Below, in pieces: positions 50,601 to 63,699 of a DNA stretch of 64,000 nt. This stretch comes from Raillietiella orientalis (taxonomy: Eukaryota), in contig JAYWIR010000020.1 of NCBI GenBank assembly GCA_036172245.1, positions 558,001-622,000 on the forward strand, read 5' to 3'. The translations under genes were made by a program, and so were the position numbers. The notes below the pieces were generated by a model. That model was not told the DNA's origin. It searched no databases and saw only the letters and a list, made by a program, of their open reading frames with translations. Positions within the stretch are counted from its first letter, which is position 1. Every line of letters starts with the position of its first letter.

Positions 50601-53600
50601 GAGAAGCTAGAAGCACAAACTCCATAGCCATCCTGTATAGCAGCTAAATATTTGTGTCCACACGTCTCCTAATGACAGAGAAGCTCTGCGCGGGAATTGT
50701 CACTGTCACCGAGCTTCCTAAAGGAAGGAAAAGTTCATGTGGAGAAGCATGCGCAACAGTTGCGTTCATGATCCTTGCTAAACTCAAAGATGGTTTACCC
50801 GTGTCCTGCACGAATCTTAGCAGTCCCTTCGACAGCCATATTTGTTAAATAATCTTCAGGGAAACCTAGGGAGTATTTGTCTGACAAAAGAAAACTCACC
50901 TCTATTTAGTAACGACTCATAACGGAGAGATCTCCGATGAAGACAGCTACTTTCAAAAAAATGTTGGACTTCAAAGCCATATCAAATTAGTTTCATTTAA
51001 ATTTCGAATGACGTGTTTCGAATGACGAATTGTAGGGCAATGATGGTTGTTCCTCGATGTTGTCGGTATTTCTTTTACGGATTCTTTTATCGCTATCGAG
51101 CACGCTAACGGTGTTTCTATCAAACTTACCAGAAGGTTATAAGTTCTTTGCTAACTTCGAAGGAAGAGTCAATGACATCCTATTTTGTTCTTTCACCTTA
51201 GGAGGCATGCAAGACGTTTGGAAAGAACCCTCAGAGGGCAGTTTTCACTCTACGAGGGAATGGCAATATCCTAGAGGAGGCCGAGTTCAAAGGATCGTCT
51301 GCTTTCTCAATTTCCCCGAAAGGATTCATTCTGGAAGAGAAAAACAAGTAAGTTCAAGAATATTTTAGAAAAATAGTGACTGCGTCCTTGTTTCATGACA
51401 GAGTTGCGTTTTCATGCAGATCTTTTCTATGCACCAAAGCACTTGAAAACTCTGCATTAACCGTAATACACTGCTAAATGTTTCTTAATGAATACACAAA
51501 GACGGTGCTGCATTGCAGCCTATGGAGGAAATTCATTCCTCGATTCGCTGTAATTAGCCTCTGATTAACAGTGACTACTATAACGCCTACCATACCGTCA
51601 GCAGTGCGTTCTCCGGAAGAATGCGAATTAAAAGTATTGGTAACTTCGAAACCATAACCCGTCGTCTTCTGCACATGCATTGCCAGAAACTGAGACTGTA
51701 TGCCTGAAAACTTTTCTCGCCTCTCCTTCTGCGCTCTCCTGAAGTACAGCTTCAACAGATTAAATGAACGCAGCTCAAACCATGATGCGAAGAATACAAA
51801 ATAGGAATCGCCATGCACGAAACACATGTTTTGGGGGTTGCTGAGGCATCAAAAGAAAGCTAGGATTAACACACCGAGGAAATTAAGATGTTAGAATATG
51901 GATCAAAGGATATGAGCCGCACATCGATTCCAATTGCAGGAAGTTCATTGTAAAATCCGGAGAAAATTGAATCTCAGTGAAGGCAATGAACACATAATGT
52001 GTTCACATTCTCAAGTATTATGTTGGATATCTTCCCTGGGAAAATCCCACATGAAAATGCACCATTCCCCAGTACAAGAGAGTAATCCCAAACAAGGCAC
52101 CTAAATATAAGGAACATGGTGACACATCGTGGACATGAAAACAATCAGTGATGCATGGGAATCCCTGAATGAACGACACTAGGACGCGGATTTGTACCTC
52201 CGACCCTCGACTAGTTGCTGGTGCCGTGCAGTAACAAAATTTCACTTGTTTCTTGCGACCCAATAGATGTATGTGCGTGTAAACTTTTTTTTACTCCTTC
52301 ACAAAGTTACCTTCATTGATATCGCATTGCAATACAGTTTGATTATATTACTACGCCTTTTGGACATGCAGAGAGGGGATGGAGTTGCCACACGAGCTTT
52401 TTTCCCACGCCTCAATAGTAAAGGAAGTCTTTTGTATCTTCCTTTGCTACAGAGGCATGGGATGCTTAAACATAAGAAAATCTAGACAGATACGGCACAC
52501 TTTTCTAGCAGAGAATAATAGTTCAGCGTACTTTTTCTGAATGACTAAAGAATTTTTTTATAACTGGTATCCCTCTGACATGAGCTCCCTGTGTTCACTA
52601 TAGTGGTGGGTATCACTTTGTATCCAGAAAAGATTCGTTCTCTTATTTGTTGATCATTTAAATGAGATTGTTTCGAACTGGATGCTGCTTTAGTGCACGT
52701 CGTACAGTCACGACCACTACTTCTTCTACTTGAGTTTGGTTTCCAGGCTACAGATAAAACTAATTTCTACCGGAACCCCTACATCCGACCTGACAGTTGG
52801 AAGCGAATCTACCGAACACAAGCCAACTTTTGTTTTCGAAAATCCAAGAGAGTCTCTGGACTCGCTTCTGTCATTCGAAGAGCCACCGCAGTTTTCTCGA
52901 CTCAAGAAATTCTCGTATGACCAGGAAAGGGTGCGAAATGAGGTGAGAGTTAAGATTCTTCCGCCTTCCAACGTGATTCTTCTGATTCTCTCGCTGATCA
53001 CTTTCGAAAGAGGTTATTTTGAGGGAACCTTTGAGCTTCAGGGCAGAAAGTGAATGAATGCTCAGACTACCTAGAGATTCTGTTCCTCATAGCTTCACGG
53101 TTCCTGAAAAAATTGCACTCGTTGCTTGCTGTGCCGTTAAAAACACTTTTCCTCGGCACTAAAGCATAGATCAGTCACAATACTGAAATGCTCTCGATTT
53201 TTTAGGCTCATAGAAAAATCACTGATCTAGCAAGGACTGTGAAAGATAAAATTCATTCGGAGGAATTCTTTCATGATTTGTTGAAGCCTTTGATTGGAAT
53301 AAGCAAGTTGATAGGCTCCTTGAGTCTCGATAGTCTGAAGAAACTCTGGCATTCATTGGAGACAGATGAGGATCCCAAAAGCAGGTACAAGCAATCTTTC
53401 CCGTATTGTTTCAGTAGATTTTCTAAAAGATAATGTTAAGGATAAATTTACTTGGATTTTTAGGCAAATCTTTACGAGATTCCTCCCGATTTCTGGAAGC
53501 TCCCATGCCGTATATTTCTTGTATACCTTGGGAAAAGAGAAGAAATTAAGCGAGTTCGAGGTCTTGTTTAGCTTCACTTGGTCTTCACCCATAAAGGGAT

Positions 53601-56600
53601 TAAGCAATGCTCTTCTGAAATCAATTTGGGTAAGAAGTTCTTGTGATTCTTTCTTCAAATAGGTTGTTGTCCTCTTCAAAGAAGCCGCCAAAAATGTTGC
53701 TCTTGAACTTACGTTCCATATTGCCAAAAATGTTGCATGCGACGAACTGAGGACTTTCCTTCAGGCGCGTAAGCGTGTCAGGAACTAGACCCTTTCTCCT
53801 CCTATGGTCACGTGCGTGTCCTATCTCCGGGAAAAGGCGCTCGGCGAGGTGAATGTCAGATTTTCAGAATGGAACTCACTGCACTCGCAAGCACTCTATT
53901 CGAAAACGAAGGGAAAACCTCGATGTGGCATTATGAAATCCTGTCTGCGTACGCTTAGCTTCCAGGAGTGTTTGTGGTCGCTCAAGCGTACACAAAGAAA
54001 GCTTTCAGTGCGACCGGGGCAACGGAACACCTTGTACGGTTTCTCAATGCGAAGTAGTCTGGTTTCTGATGCAGCACAGTGGGTTTCGACAGCTTTTTTA
54101 GGTGACAGGACAACACGTGTGCAACCAATGATTTCTCTCAAAGTGCAGTTCGTGTTTCACAATTTAGGTTTGGTGTCTCGTGATTGCTTTGAGCTGTTTC
54201 AATTGTTTCTGGTGGGACCCTGGCGATCCTGCTGGCAGTGCAACTACTTTATCATACGCCTTGATTTATGTGTCTCCAAATCAATAACTCAGAATCCATT
54301 TCATTCGGAGAGTGGGCTTCAGTATTTATTCAAAACTGCTGGTGAATCATACTGAACAGTTCGTTTCTCTACTTCTGTAGGAGCTTCTGGAGCAATATGA
54401 CAAATCGACTGGCGCTTATGAGCACGCGTTGATGGGATTTGGAGTCTTGGTGAACCAAGCGTGCGGAACTCCTACGATCTATGAAAACAGCGAGCAAACA
54501 GGGAAAGTGCTGCCTCCCAGCTGTGACTGGGAAGGGCTAAAAGTTTCTGTGAATCTCATCCGTGATCAAGCAATCCGTGAGTGATCGCCGCTCCGGGAAG
54601 CATGTGCTTTCAACAAAAATGCGTTTCAGATGGGAAGACCTATTCTTTACAGCTTGCTTCGCTGTTGACACTCACGAACATAGCAAATGACTTCACTAGA
54701 GAGGCTGCTCAAGAAATCGCATTCGATACAAGCAAGAATACCTACCTGAGAGCGCATGCCCTCTTCTCCATACATAAGGAGCATCATCCTTTGAGTCTAG
54801 AGGTTGGAGAGAATACAGTTTCTCTTTCATATTCCCCTTGTGCATTTGTTCTGCAGATCGGCAATCGCTTGATTCAAATCGTCACTAACAGGAGCGAGAG
54901 TCACCACCTTCGGTTAAAAGCACTCACCTTGATTTTTGTGCATGGATCCTACGACGTTCAGTATGTTACGATGAAGATAGCCGAAAAATACCTGGAACCT
55001 CAGCTGCAACACTTCACCTACTCTTTGCTGAAGTCGCTTTCTCGACTTGAGCCAAATTGTGCGGCTAACAAGTAGGTTGACGTAATTACCGAATCTGCAA
55101 AGGAAACATATTCGAAAGGGGCTCTTATGAAAATTCATTTCTTGAACTCTCTTGCGAATTAGGAGGCAAGTGTGGGTCCCAAGTGAACTTGGGAACAGCA
55201 TAAATGCAAAAAATCGTTTCCCAATCGTTTCTTCATCTTCTAGGAGTCCAGAAAGATCTGGTATTGACACTGTGGGGCGCGTTTTTTTTTTTTTCTTCAA
55301 TGGATCCTTTGCTTTGCTGCAAACGAATCGAGACCCTCTGCTTGCATCTGGTAGAAGAACCTTTGCAATGCCTTCGTGCTCAATGCTCGTATTTTGAAGT
55401 ATGGTGCACTAAAGAATGTTGCGTATGACAAGTTGCCGAAAATCCTCTTTGAATCTCATTCATCTTCCATTTTCTCTTTAAATCTCTAAACGAGTTCATA
55501 GATTCGACACTGCCACTTCCTTCCTAGGGAAGAACTGTATCTTTTTCGAGAAGATCTTTCGGGAACATTACTAAAGAAATGCCCCCCAGGACCCTCGTTG
55601 GAAACAAAGAGTTTTCCGCATTTCTTCAGCTGAGATGTGAGCAGTCCAGATGAGCGATTGATGTTATCTTAGGCATCTACTACTTCCACTATCAATCCAT
55701 CCATGCACATCTTTATTGACTACCGAACGTTTTGTTTCTCGGAAAGGTCGCTGTTAGATAGAGGCATTTGTCTCTCGAAAAACGGCTTTATCATATTTTT
55801 TTCTCATTTTTTTTTTTTTGGTTACTCTCAATTCTCTGATCTTATTTCTTAGCAAATGGTATCCAATAGCATTTTAGGGAAAAGACTAGAATCACGAGAA
55901 ATTTTATGATCCTTGCTGGTACTTGCATTCTCTCTTCTTGGTATGTGCAATGCAAGATGCGTTTGCTCTTCCGCCTGGAATGCTGAAGATCATGGTAGAA
56001 GACACACATGATTACACTTGTGGATTCTTTGCAAGCGTGAGGTACAGAAAGCAGCTGCCATTGCGTTGCCTCTCTTGGAAGCAGCCTAAGCTAGTGAATG
56101 AAAGCTGCTTGTCATAATTCATTACCAATTGTTTCCATTGGTTGTTAAAAGAATTGTTTTCATTCTCTGTTAAAAGCAAGCATTCAGCTGTTCCCGTTTT
56201 GTGATGGTCTGCTCTCTCGGCATTATCCCAACTCTTACAGTTTATCGTAAATCTGAAGCGTCCAACTTCGATAGTTCGACCACTGAGACTCTAGCTTCTC
56301 AAAATAGTTTATAACTGTATAGAGATTTTCTAGATTTCTGAAAACCTTTAAGCTATGCTAAAACTGTTCCTTTCTTTATGTGGATTCGTATCTGATACTG
56401 CCTGGTGGCCATTTAGTCAATTCAACTTTTCAAGGAGCTTCTTCGCACAAAAGTTTCAAGGTTTTAGCGTTCTTCTCCTTTTGGAAGCAAAAGAGAAATC
56501 TTGATTTGATCTCTAGAAGCATTTGGAATTCTAACAGCATTTGTAGAATGTAAGGAATTCATCCACCAAAATGAGGGAAGCTTCAGTGAGTGTGAAAAAG

Positions 56601-59600
56601 AAAAGAGTATGGTAGACCTTCGCGGATGGGCAGAATTGAAATTAGCCGAATAGCGCATCTCCATAAAGTCTGTTTCGAAAGAAAGTCTGTTTCGAAAGGA
56701 AATTGTAGTTGCCTTCCCCAGCATATTCTTTGGTTCATTTTCAAAGTTATCACGATTTTACTGTTTCGATGCATTACAACGTGCCTTAGAGGTTCCTGGA
56801 ATCTCTGCAAACATCACCTTGCTTTGCTTGCTGTTTCAAAATTATCGTAGCTAGCTACAGATCGCTGTCTGTACCTGATTTCTCTCACGTATTTGAAAAA
56901 TGCACAAGTGACTTCTTGTTGCAAATGGTATATTTCAGGGCAGCAATCGCTAAGAGACTGCTGAACAACATAGATCATCATCATCATGGCGGGCATAAAA
57001 CGCACTCTTGGGCCCATTATTTCAAATACAGGGACAATGAATACGACTTCAGTGGAGGAATATTCACTGTTGTATACCAATCTCCCAAATCCTACCTACC
57101 ATCGTATGCCTATGTACAGTACAGTGGGAAGCTCGGCCAAATGGAATATTTTCCAATCCAAGTAAGACATCGTGAGATATTCTCTTCATTCTATCATATT
57201 CCCCTGACTGTGTCTGAAATCCAAATCAACGAACACACCAAATCTGTTGAAACTTTGCTCGTTTGATCTGTCGATTGAAACTCAACTTCTATGAGTGAAG
57301 TCAAAATTGAGGCGTTCGATTCATTAGTAGTAATCAGGAAAATGCTGTTTCCAGTTTCAGCTCACTCTGCATGGTGTCGAGAGTGTTTATCCCTACGGAT
57401 ACAGTCCTAAGGAAACAACAGATTTTGAAGGGGAAGAAAACATTGAGGAACGTACTCATGGAGATTTTTACTTTGAATTGATAATCAAATACCAGAACAA
57501 AATTGCATTCCTGAAGACTTACTCATTGGAAGAGATAGCTCGCGTTATTGGTAAGGAGATACGGATTCTTGCAAAGAGAATGAATGTTCTTTCCTGCAGC
57601 TAAGAAAGACGGATTAACAGAGTTCGTCCAGTCATTAATAGGAAATGTATTATTGGGCAACCTATACAACGCAAAATTCTCATTTGTAAATGATCTGGGA
57701 CTCCCAGTTAATCTCCTAGGATCATTGCCATTCCTCAAAGTATCGGATCTCGAACTTTCCAATAAAGCACCAGATTCTCTGTTCATATCGTACGCTTCCA
57801 GGTAAGTTCGTTGTAAGGCTCTTATGATCAGTGGCATCTTTGCCTCTTGCATCTTTGAATGTTCCCCGTTAAACAGATACATTTTCTGATTCATGTGTCA
57901 AAAAGTGCCTAAGGTTCTGTTTCAGACCTAGTTCCACACAACAATCCGTGTCTTTTACTTTCTGAGACATTCTCACAATGTCTCAGAAATAAAAAAAAAA
58001 TACAGATCGTTTTGTCTCACCAGTTCCCTACAGCCTCGGTCTCCTCTGCAAACATCTTTGGCTTCATCTTTCGTATTTTATTTTACTATGAGACTTTGCA
58101 CACATGACCTCGTCTTATTGTTTGCTTGTGTTGCTATGCGCACCCTGCGCTCTTGCGGATGCAAGAGACGAGTTTGTTAACCAAGATTTGCAGACAACGG
58201 TGAGAAGAACCTGAAGCTGGCGCTTGCTTGTTGGTCTCATCACATCTGAATGTCGTCGTAGCCCTCACATGTGATTTCTGTTGCTCTTCAGATGGTTGAC
58301 GTTTTCAATTTCAAGTTTCTCACTTTACAACCCATTAGCAGATACGTACCACAGCGTCATGAGATTGAGTACCACTACTATATCTTTGCCTTTCGAGTCG
58401 ACAGTATCTCTCAAACACCTAAAGGAGGGCCAGGCTTCTCCTCGGATCATAGTGTATCCGTCCAAAGGTGAGCCACGTTCTTTCTTGGAATTTTGAAACA
58501 ACCCATTTCGTCTCGCCAGATATCACCACGTACCTCAGTGTCAACTCCTCCTTAATAACGTCGCTAATGGATCTCAACGAAGAAAAGACATTCGATTGGA
58601 GTCATTCTGATCATTACGAGGGAAGCAGCGTTCCCATATATCACATCGTGGACATCAACAAGGATCTGGTAATGACAAGCATTAGCTTATTTCCTGGCAT
58701 CGGTTCTCTGGGCTGAAGGGTTCGACGTGCTACCTTGAAAAAAGCTTTGTGTATCCACTGAAGGAGACAGCCTCAGTGCCTTGCGACTACGCTCGCGGAT
58801 CGTTCGAAGAGCTGAGAAGACACGTTGCCCGCAAATTCTTCATCGAAAATCTTCCTCACAACGAGTGAGTCCTGTAGCACAAGGAAGGGACCATTAAGCG
58901 TTTGCTCTTCAGCTACAATCTGTTCTCCACTTTTGTGGCCATGAGAGCTCACTTTCAAGATTTCCATACCATCCATCCATACAAAGGAAACGTTGTACTG
59001 GCCCTTACAAAGACTCATGCAATCAAAGAGGTAGGCGGAAGCATTCCATGACAGTTCATGACCTTTCCCATTTCGCATGTGTAGATTGCTTTGTTCCTGA
59101 CCACTATTTCTCATGCCAAAGAAGAAGGGCCAAAAAGAACGGATACCTACGGCTTCCGCCTCACCATCAGCTATCTCAATGGAGATGCGAGCTCGTACGA
59201 TGCCAGCATCGAACACAAACAGTTCTCACTCGTTAGGCACGATATCAATGCCAAATTCACCAAGAAAACACTGCACGGAAAATACGAGGTGTGGCTCAGT
59301 TTTGACTGCGCACTGCGTCCTCTCGCATTCCGCTGATCAGGAAACAAGATGCAAACAAAGAGGAGCAGGCGCGTGCCCTGGGCACTTCGCGCATTGTCAC
59401 AAGGCCCACGAAATGAGAGCGCTCCTGTTGTGGTGGTTGCCCGGAGACACTCTGGAAGGAGGGCAGAGGGCAGCTTTCATTGTTTTGTTTACTCATCTCG
59501 TGTGCGTATCGCTTTCTCCGGAACGCCTTGAGTACACATCTGAATGAGATACCCAATCGGCTTCCGTTACAAGAGGACAACTGTTGCATCAGACACGTTC

Positions 59601-61693
59601 TCGGTGACTTTGCGAATGGGGCTCCCACGGAGAGAACCCACGAACCTATTCTTAAAAGAGGGACAGGTCTTCATTAGGGATGACTTCTCTCTTCCTAGAC
59701 AGGAATTTGTTCTTAGGAAAGTGGATGTTGAGGTAGCTGCTTTGGGAACTCCCTAGCAAGTTTGATGCCGACCATATTCCAGAATGTCTCCCCCTTTAGA
59801 CACACACTGGTTCGCTCAGATATTCTTGAACAAATCTTTAGATATAACATAGATAAAAGAGTTCGGTAAAAGAGTACGAATGAATGAGGTCACCGAAGTT
59901 CGTTTCCGATGCATCCATCGTAACAGATGGCCTCTTTCTCCGATCCAGAGAATCATTTGGGGAACTGGGCCGCTCGGTAGATACGTCCGATGGATGCTTC
60001 CTGCTTGAGAGCATCACACGAGGTAGTCGGTGCGTTCTGCAAAAGTAGCAGCTGTTGCTGCATGCATCTGCTCTGAAACGGACGGAAAAACAAACCCATG
60101 GCAAAAGGCCAAGCGCGACCGAAAGCAAAAGCCGACTGAGCCGAGCGTTTGTTGCAGGTGTGTCTCGAAGGAAAGTTCGAGTATCCGGAATTCACTGGTT
60201 TGGACGTTTGGTCTGGAGAATCGAAGAAGACCTCTGAATACTTGATAATCTGGGGAAAGCAGTGCTCCGAAAGAGAAGGATCACTCACTTTGAAGGTATT
60301 TTCAGTTGGCGTCTTGTTCCTTCTCAAAGTATTCTTCTCGGAGCAACGGAAAGTTAACAAAAAGTATTCAACTATCCTTAGATTGGATCGGATTACTCTC
60401 AGGAACAAGATAATGGATTTCATTTCGAACCGAAAGAGGTGACAGAAAGCAGCAGACTCACTCTTAAACAGATACTCAAAATATACAACGAAAATGCGGA
60501 GGGGATCGTTGACCTGCATCTGTTGAGGAAACTCTGTAGCAGTGACATCAGTCACCTTCGCTCAGGAGCCACAATCGCTGCTTCCGATGCGTGCGCTCAT
60601 CTTGCCTACTACGCCTCCCAAATCACTCATTCAACTATCCACATACAGCATCAGAATGTAGGAATTCTGTATTTGAGAAGTGCCTTGTGGTACGAATTGC
60701 ATTACCGTAGCTCCCGTTCGAAGTGAAGAAGGCCTACCACAACTACCTGTTTTTCCTGCGAACCGTCTTCAAACCGTATCATGATATCGAAGAAAGCCAC
60801 TCCGTTCGTGAGGAAACCGGAGTAGGACACTTGACAGTCGAAGGGAGGGTTTCCCTCGTCAACGAAACTGTGTCTTATCGCTACTCCAGTTCTCTGCTCG
60901 ACGACGTCTTCAATTCCATTCCTTTGAAGAAGCTGCCTATCAGTTTCCGACCTTCCTATAAACTATGGAATGCAAAATTCTTGCTCGAAAAGCTCGGACT
61001 GCTTCGTAAGTGAACATTTAGACCCAGGATGGAAGCACTGTTGTTTAGGTACGTGCCAGGTTACATCGGAGTACGTGCGCCTCATCCAAGGATACGCGGT
61101 AGCAAACAATCTATCACATTGCTCAACTGTGATTAGCAGAGACTGCTCAGATGCAGCAACGTTCACTGTTCTTGCTCGTCGTGCCAAAACTGATCACCAC
61201 GAAATTGTAAGCACGAGGATGGCATGGACCCATTCCTCTATGTTCTTCCTCTAGGTCCTCTCATCTCACCTTAATGTTTTCCTTTCTGAATCTTGTATTC
61301 ACTCCTCTGTGCTTTCAGGCCGCTACCATTCATCTGCGGAAGAGCAAACTCACTTCTGATCTCATCAAGATTGAAATTGAACCATCTAAAAAGGAAAACT
61401 CCTTACAACTGACTGTAGATGGCAAGATTGTCTCTGTGTCCGACGATAGCCCGTTTTGCTACGAAGAAGAAGACCAAAGCTGTCTCTTCAGGTACAGCAT
61501 TTATCTTGAACAGGAAATGCATGGCAATGATCTACCACTGATCACTGAAGGATATGGAAAGTCAACAGCGCCTATCTCTTCAAAGCTATATGGAACCACG
61601 GAGTGTACGTAGCATTTGATGGAACGTTCCTCAACGTAGGAGTGGGAGCCAGACACACAGGCACGCACTGTGGGCTGTGTGGAGATTATTCAG
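47634..61693 (+). CDS. Large lipid transfer protein, vitellogenin/clottable-protein-like (signal peptide, Vitellogenin_N, DUF1943-like region, C-terminal vWD); >=26 exons, >=1518 codons, 3' end unresolved
   Basis: Phase-consistent GT-AG exons: 47634-47694, 49439-49626, 49683-49844, 49952-50071, 50122-50277, 51202-51347, 52747-52942, 53206-53384, 53464-53629, 54381-54576, 54630-54802, 54857-55071, 56939-57161, 57355-57550, 57600-57801, 58292-58467, 58520-58668, 58719-58864, 58913-59030, 59085-59288, 60158-60295, 60382-60657, 60711-61005, 61049-61206, 61319-61491, 61551-61693. Motifs: signal peptide MASWKYLFVVLLLLV; FDLGVEYLY; WSVNIKKAIGSNLQ; EPTVGGLCHSSY; KFRDANKC; ALMGFGVLVNQAC; ESHHLRLKA...EPQLQHFTYSLLK; SPKSYLPS; NDLGLP; VCLEGKFEYP...WGKQC; vWD CSTVISRDCS and THCGLCGDY. 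Confidence 0.88.
47842..47869. repeat. Interrupted poly-C tract in intron 1 of the LLTP gene (G-quadruplex-capable on the minus strand)
   Basis: Three C runs (6, 11 and 8 nt) separated by T and TG, read directly from the sequence. Confidence 0.7.
56665..56698. repeat. Perfect 17-bp tandem duplication (AAAGTCTGTTTCGAAAG x2) in an LLTP intron
   Basis: Read directly from the sequence. Confidence 0.85.
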
Positions 61694-63623
61694 GTGAAGA
61701 AATTTCTCTGCATCTTCAGCTGATTCTGCTGCTTATAAGAATTTTTGCAATCAATGATGCGAACGGCGCTATTCTCTCCCTATTTTTGCCGAAAGTGCAA
61801 TCCTTCTTGGTCACTCTTGAACACAAAACTAGTATTGCAATCTAGAGTTGAACTCTGTGCTTTTTGGCGATAGATGTGCTCTTGTCCTTTTTCCGAATCA
61901 ACATGCCGTGAATGGCTCGAACGAGACTGGGCTAAGAACTGCCTCCACTTTACACTAGCACATATACGAGAATATATTAATCCGTGAGCTTTGGCAGGGG
62001 CATGGAATTTTTCCATGTTGTGGATATGTTACCGTTATGCGTATATCTCTCACTTGGTCATGGCCATACTGTTCGTGGTAGAACCTTGCAAAATTGTCTC
62101 AGTTGTCTCTAGAGAATCATGAGAATCAACGCTCCCATGATTGCACGACGTGTACCTGTTGGCACTGGATCCTAGAAACGCTTGCATCACAGTGTCCGAT
62201 ATGGGCAATGCGTTCTGCTGCATGAAGAAAGAACATCGCTTGCCCCTGGATTTGAAAAGCCAGGGTCGGTTGGACACTTTTCTTGAGCACAATAGGAAAA
62301 CGCGTAATCTAACCTCACCAAACGCTGCAGTTTGTTTCTTGCGTGTCCATTCTCTCTCCAGTCCGCTGTTTTCTTATAGATAGCCGATGAAACACGGTTG
62401 GCTACGTTTTGCACTACGTAGTAAAAGAAGATCTTTAAGAACTCAAGAATGATCTTTCTCTCTTTTCCGTCTAGCTTCCTGTGGAACTTCTTGCAGAGTA
62501 CTGTGAAGCGTGTGGTAACTCAGCACCTGAGACTTTTTCTCGCCTGGAAAAGTTCCATGAATTATTTGCAGGAAGCTCCTAGTGCAGTAGCAAGCATTTG
62601 AGCTTAGCTCATCTTGCAATTTTCGATGAGTTGGTTCACAGATACATCGACGACATGCAGAATGTGGCATGTATGTTAAGCCCATTCGGTCATGTAATAC
62701 CAGTAGGTATTTCATGACGAAATGATGCCTTTGAACTTCTCCATTCCAAATACCTTCAACGCATGCCAGTCTGCTGTCGATTGTGAAACAACTCTTTAGC
62801 TTTTGTTGAACCTATTGTTGATAGGGAATGCAGACCTCAGGTTCGTTGGTACATTGGCTCATTTCCCTTTCCATGCAATATCATGCAATTCCGTATACTT
62901 TTTTGCGTTCTTTTAATCTCTTTGCCTTTTGGCTAACTCGTGGATCCCCGCACTGAAAATGTCGGGAGCTCACAAAGCGAGCCAATCAACGATACACTGA
63001 ACATCCTACCAGATCGCATCCCATTGAAAATAAAAGGAGCTTGTTTTGAATTTCGGGATTCATCAGAATGGACCAGCAATGACTGGAGTGCCAATACAAA
63101 ACCCAAAAAGTCCTCAGAAAGAGATCCAGATCGGAATTCTTATTGCTGATCACCGTTACCATCGTGATATGTTCGTTATCGCTACCGGTTATTCAAGGCA
63201 GAATACGACGGTAAGGTGAAAGAAGTCGTTTTCCGAAAAGTCGGCGCTGGAACCGACGATACCTTTCTCCACTGCAGAGATTGGGAGATGAAAGATTCTC
63301 TTTCATGTTTCATTCTCTGCCGGTTTCAATGACTGAAGATGAGACTCCGCTCTTGTTTAAGCGAACCCACGCTGTTGCCTCTGTATATGTACATGATTTC
63401 CCTCTTGTGTACTAAAGCCAGATTTCCAAGCGATGGTCAGACTTGGCATCGTTTCGAACCTCTATCCTTTACAAATTTGAATTGCACATCTTCTGCAAAC
63501 GCAATGTATACGTAGTGGTGAATGGAAGCTATCGTTCGTTGTCCATTTTTGCTGAAATCTTGAAGAAACCTACCAAATGTGTCTTCTGAATTTGCGTTTA
63601 ATGCGCTTTTTGTACAACTTCAG

Positions 63624-63699
63624 GTGGATTTTCGGAGACAATCTCACCTCCGGGCTACGAATGGGAACACCTTCATGATTCTCCGCAAAAGCAGTTGAG
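63624..63699 (+). CDS. Tentative next exon of the LLTP gene (GGFSETISPPGYEWEHLHDSPQKQLR)
   Basis: TTCAG acceptor and GTCAG donor. The phase-1 start joins ...GLCGDYS-G in frame and resembles the xxExxxPxG segment after GLCG in vWD domains. Other candidate acceptors at ~62.4 kb hit stops. Unconfirmed. Confidence 0.35.

Noticed and set aside
59289..60157. Several alternative exon candidates inside LLTP intron 20
   Set aside because: The direct phase-0 join KYE|VCLEGKFEYP restores a vitellogenin-type motif, and the intervening candidates do not chain cleanly.
59953..60555. 200-aa minus-strand ORF
   Set aside because: Antisense shadow of LLTP exons 21-22.
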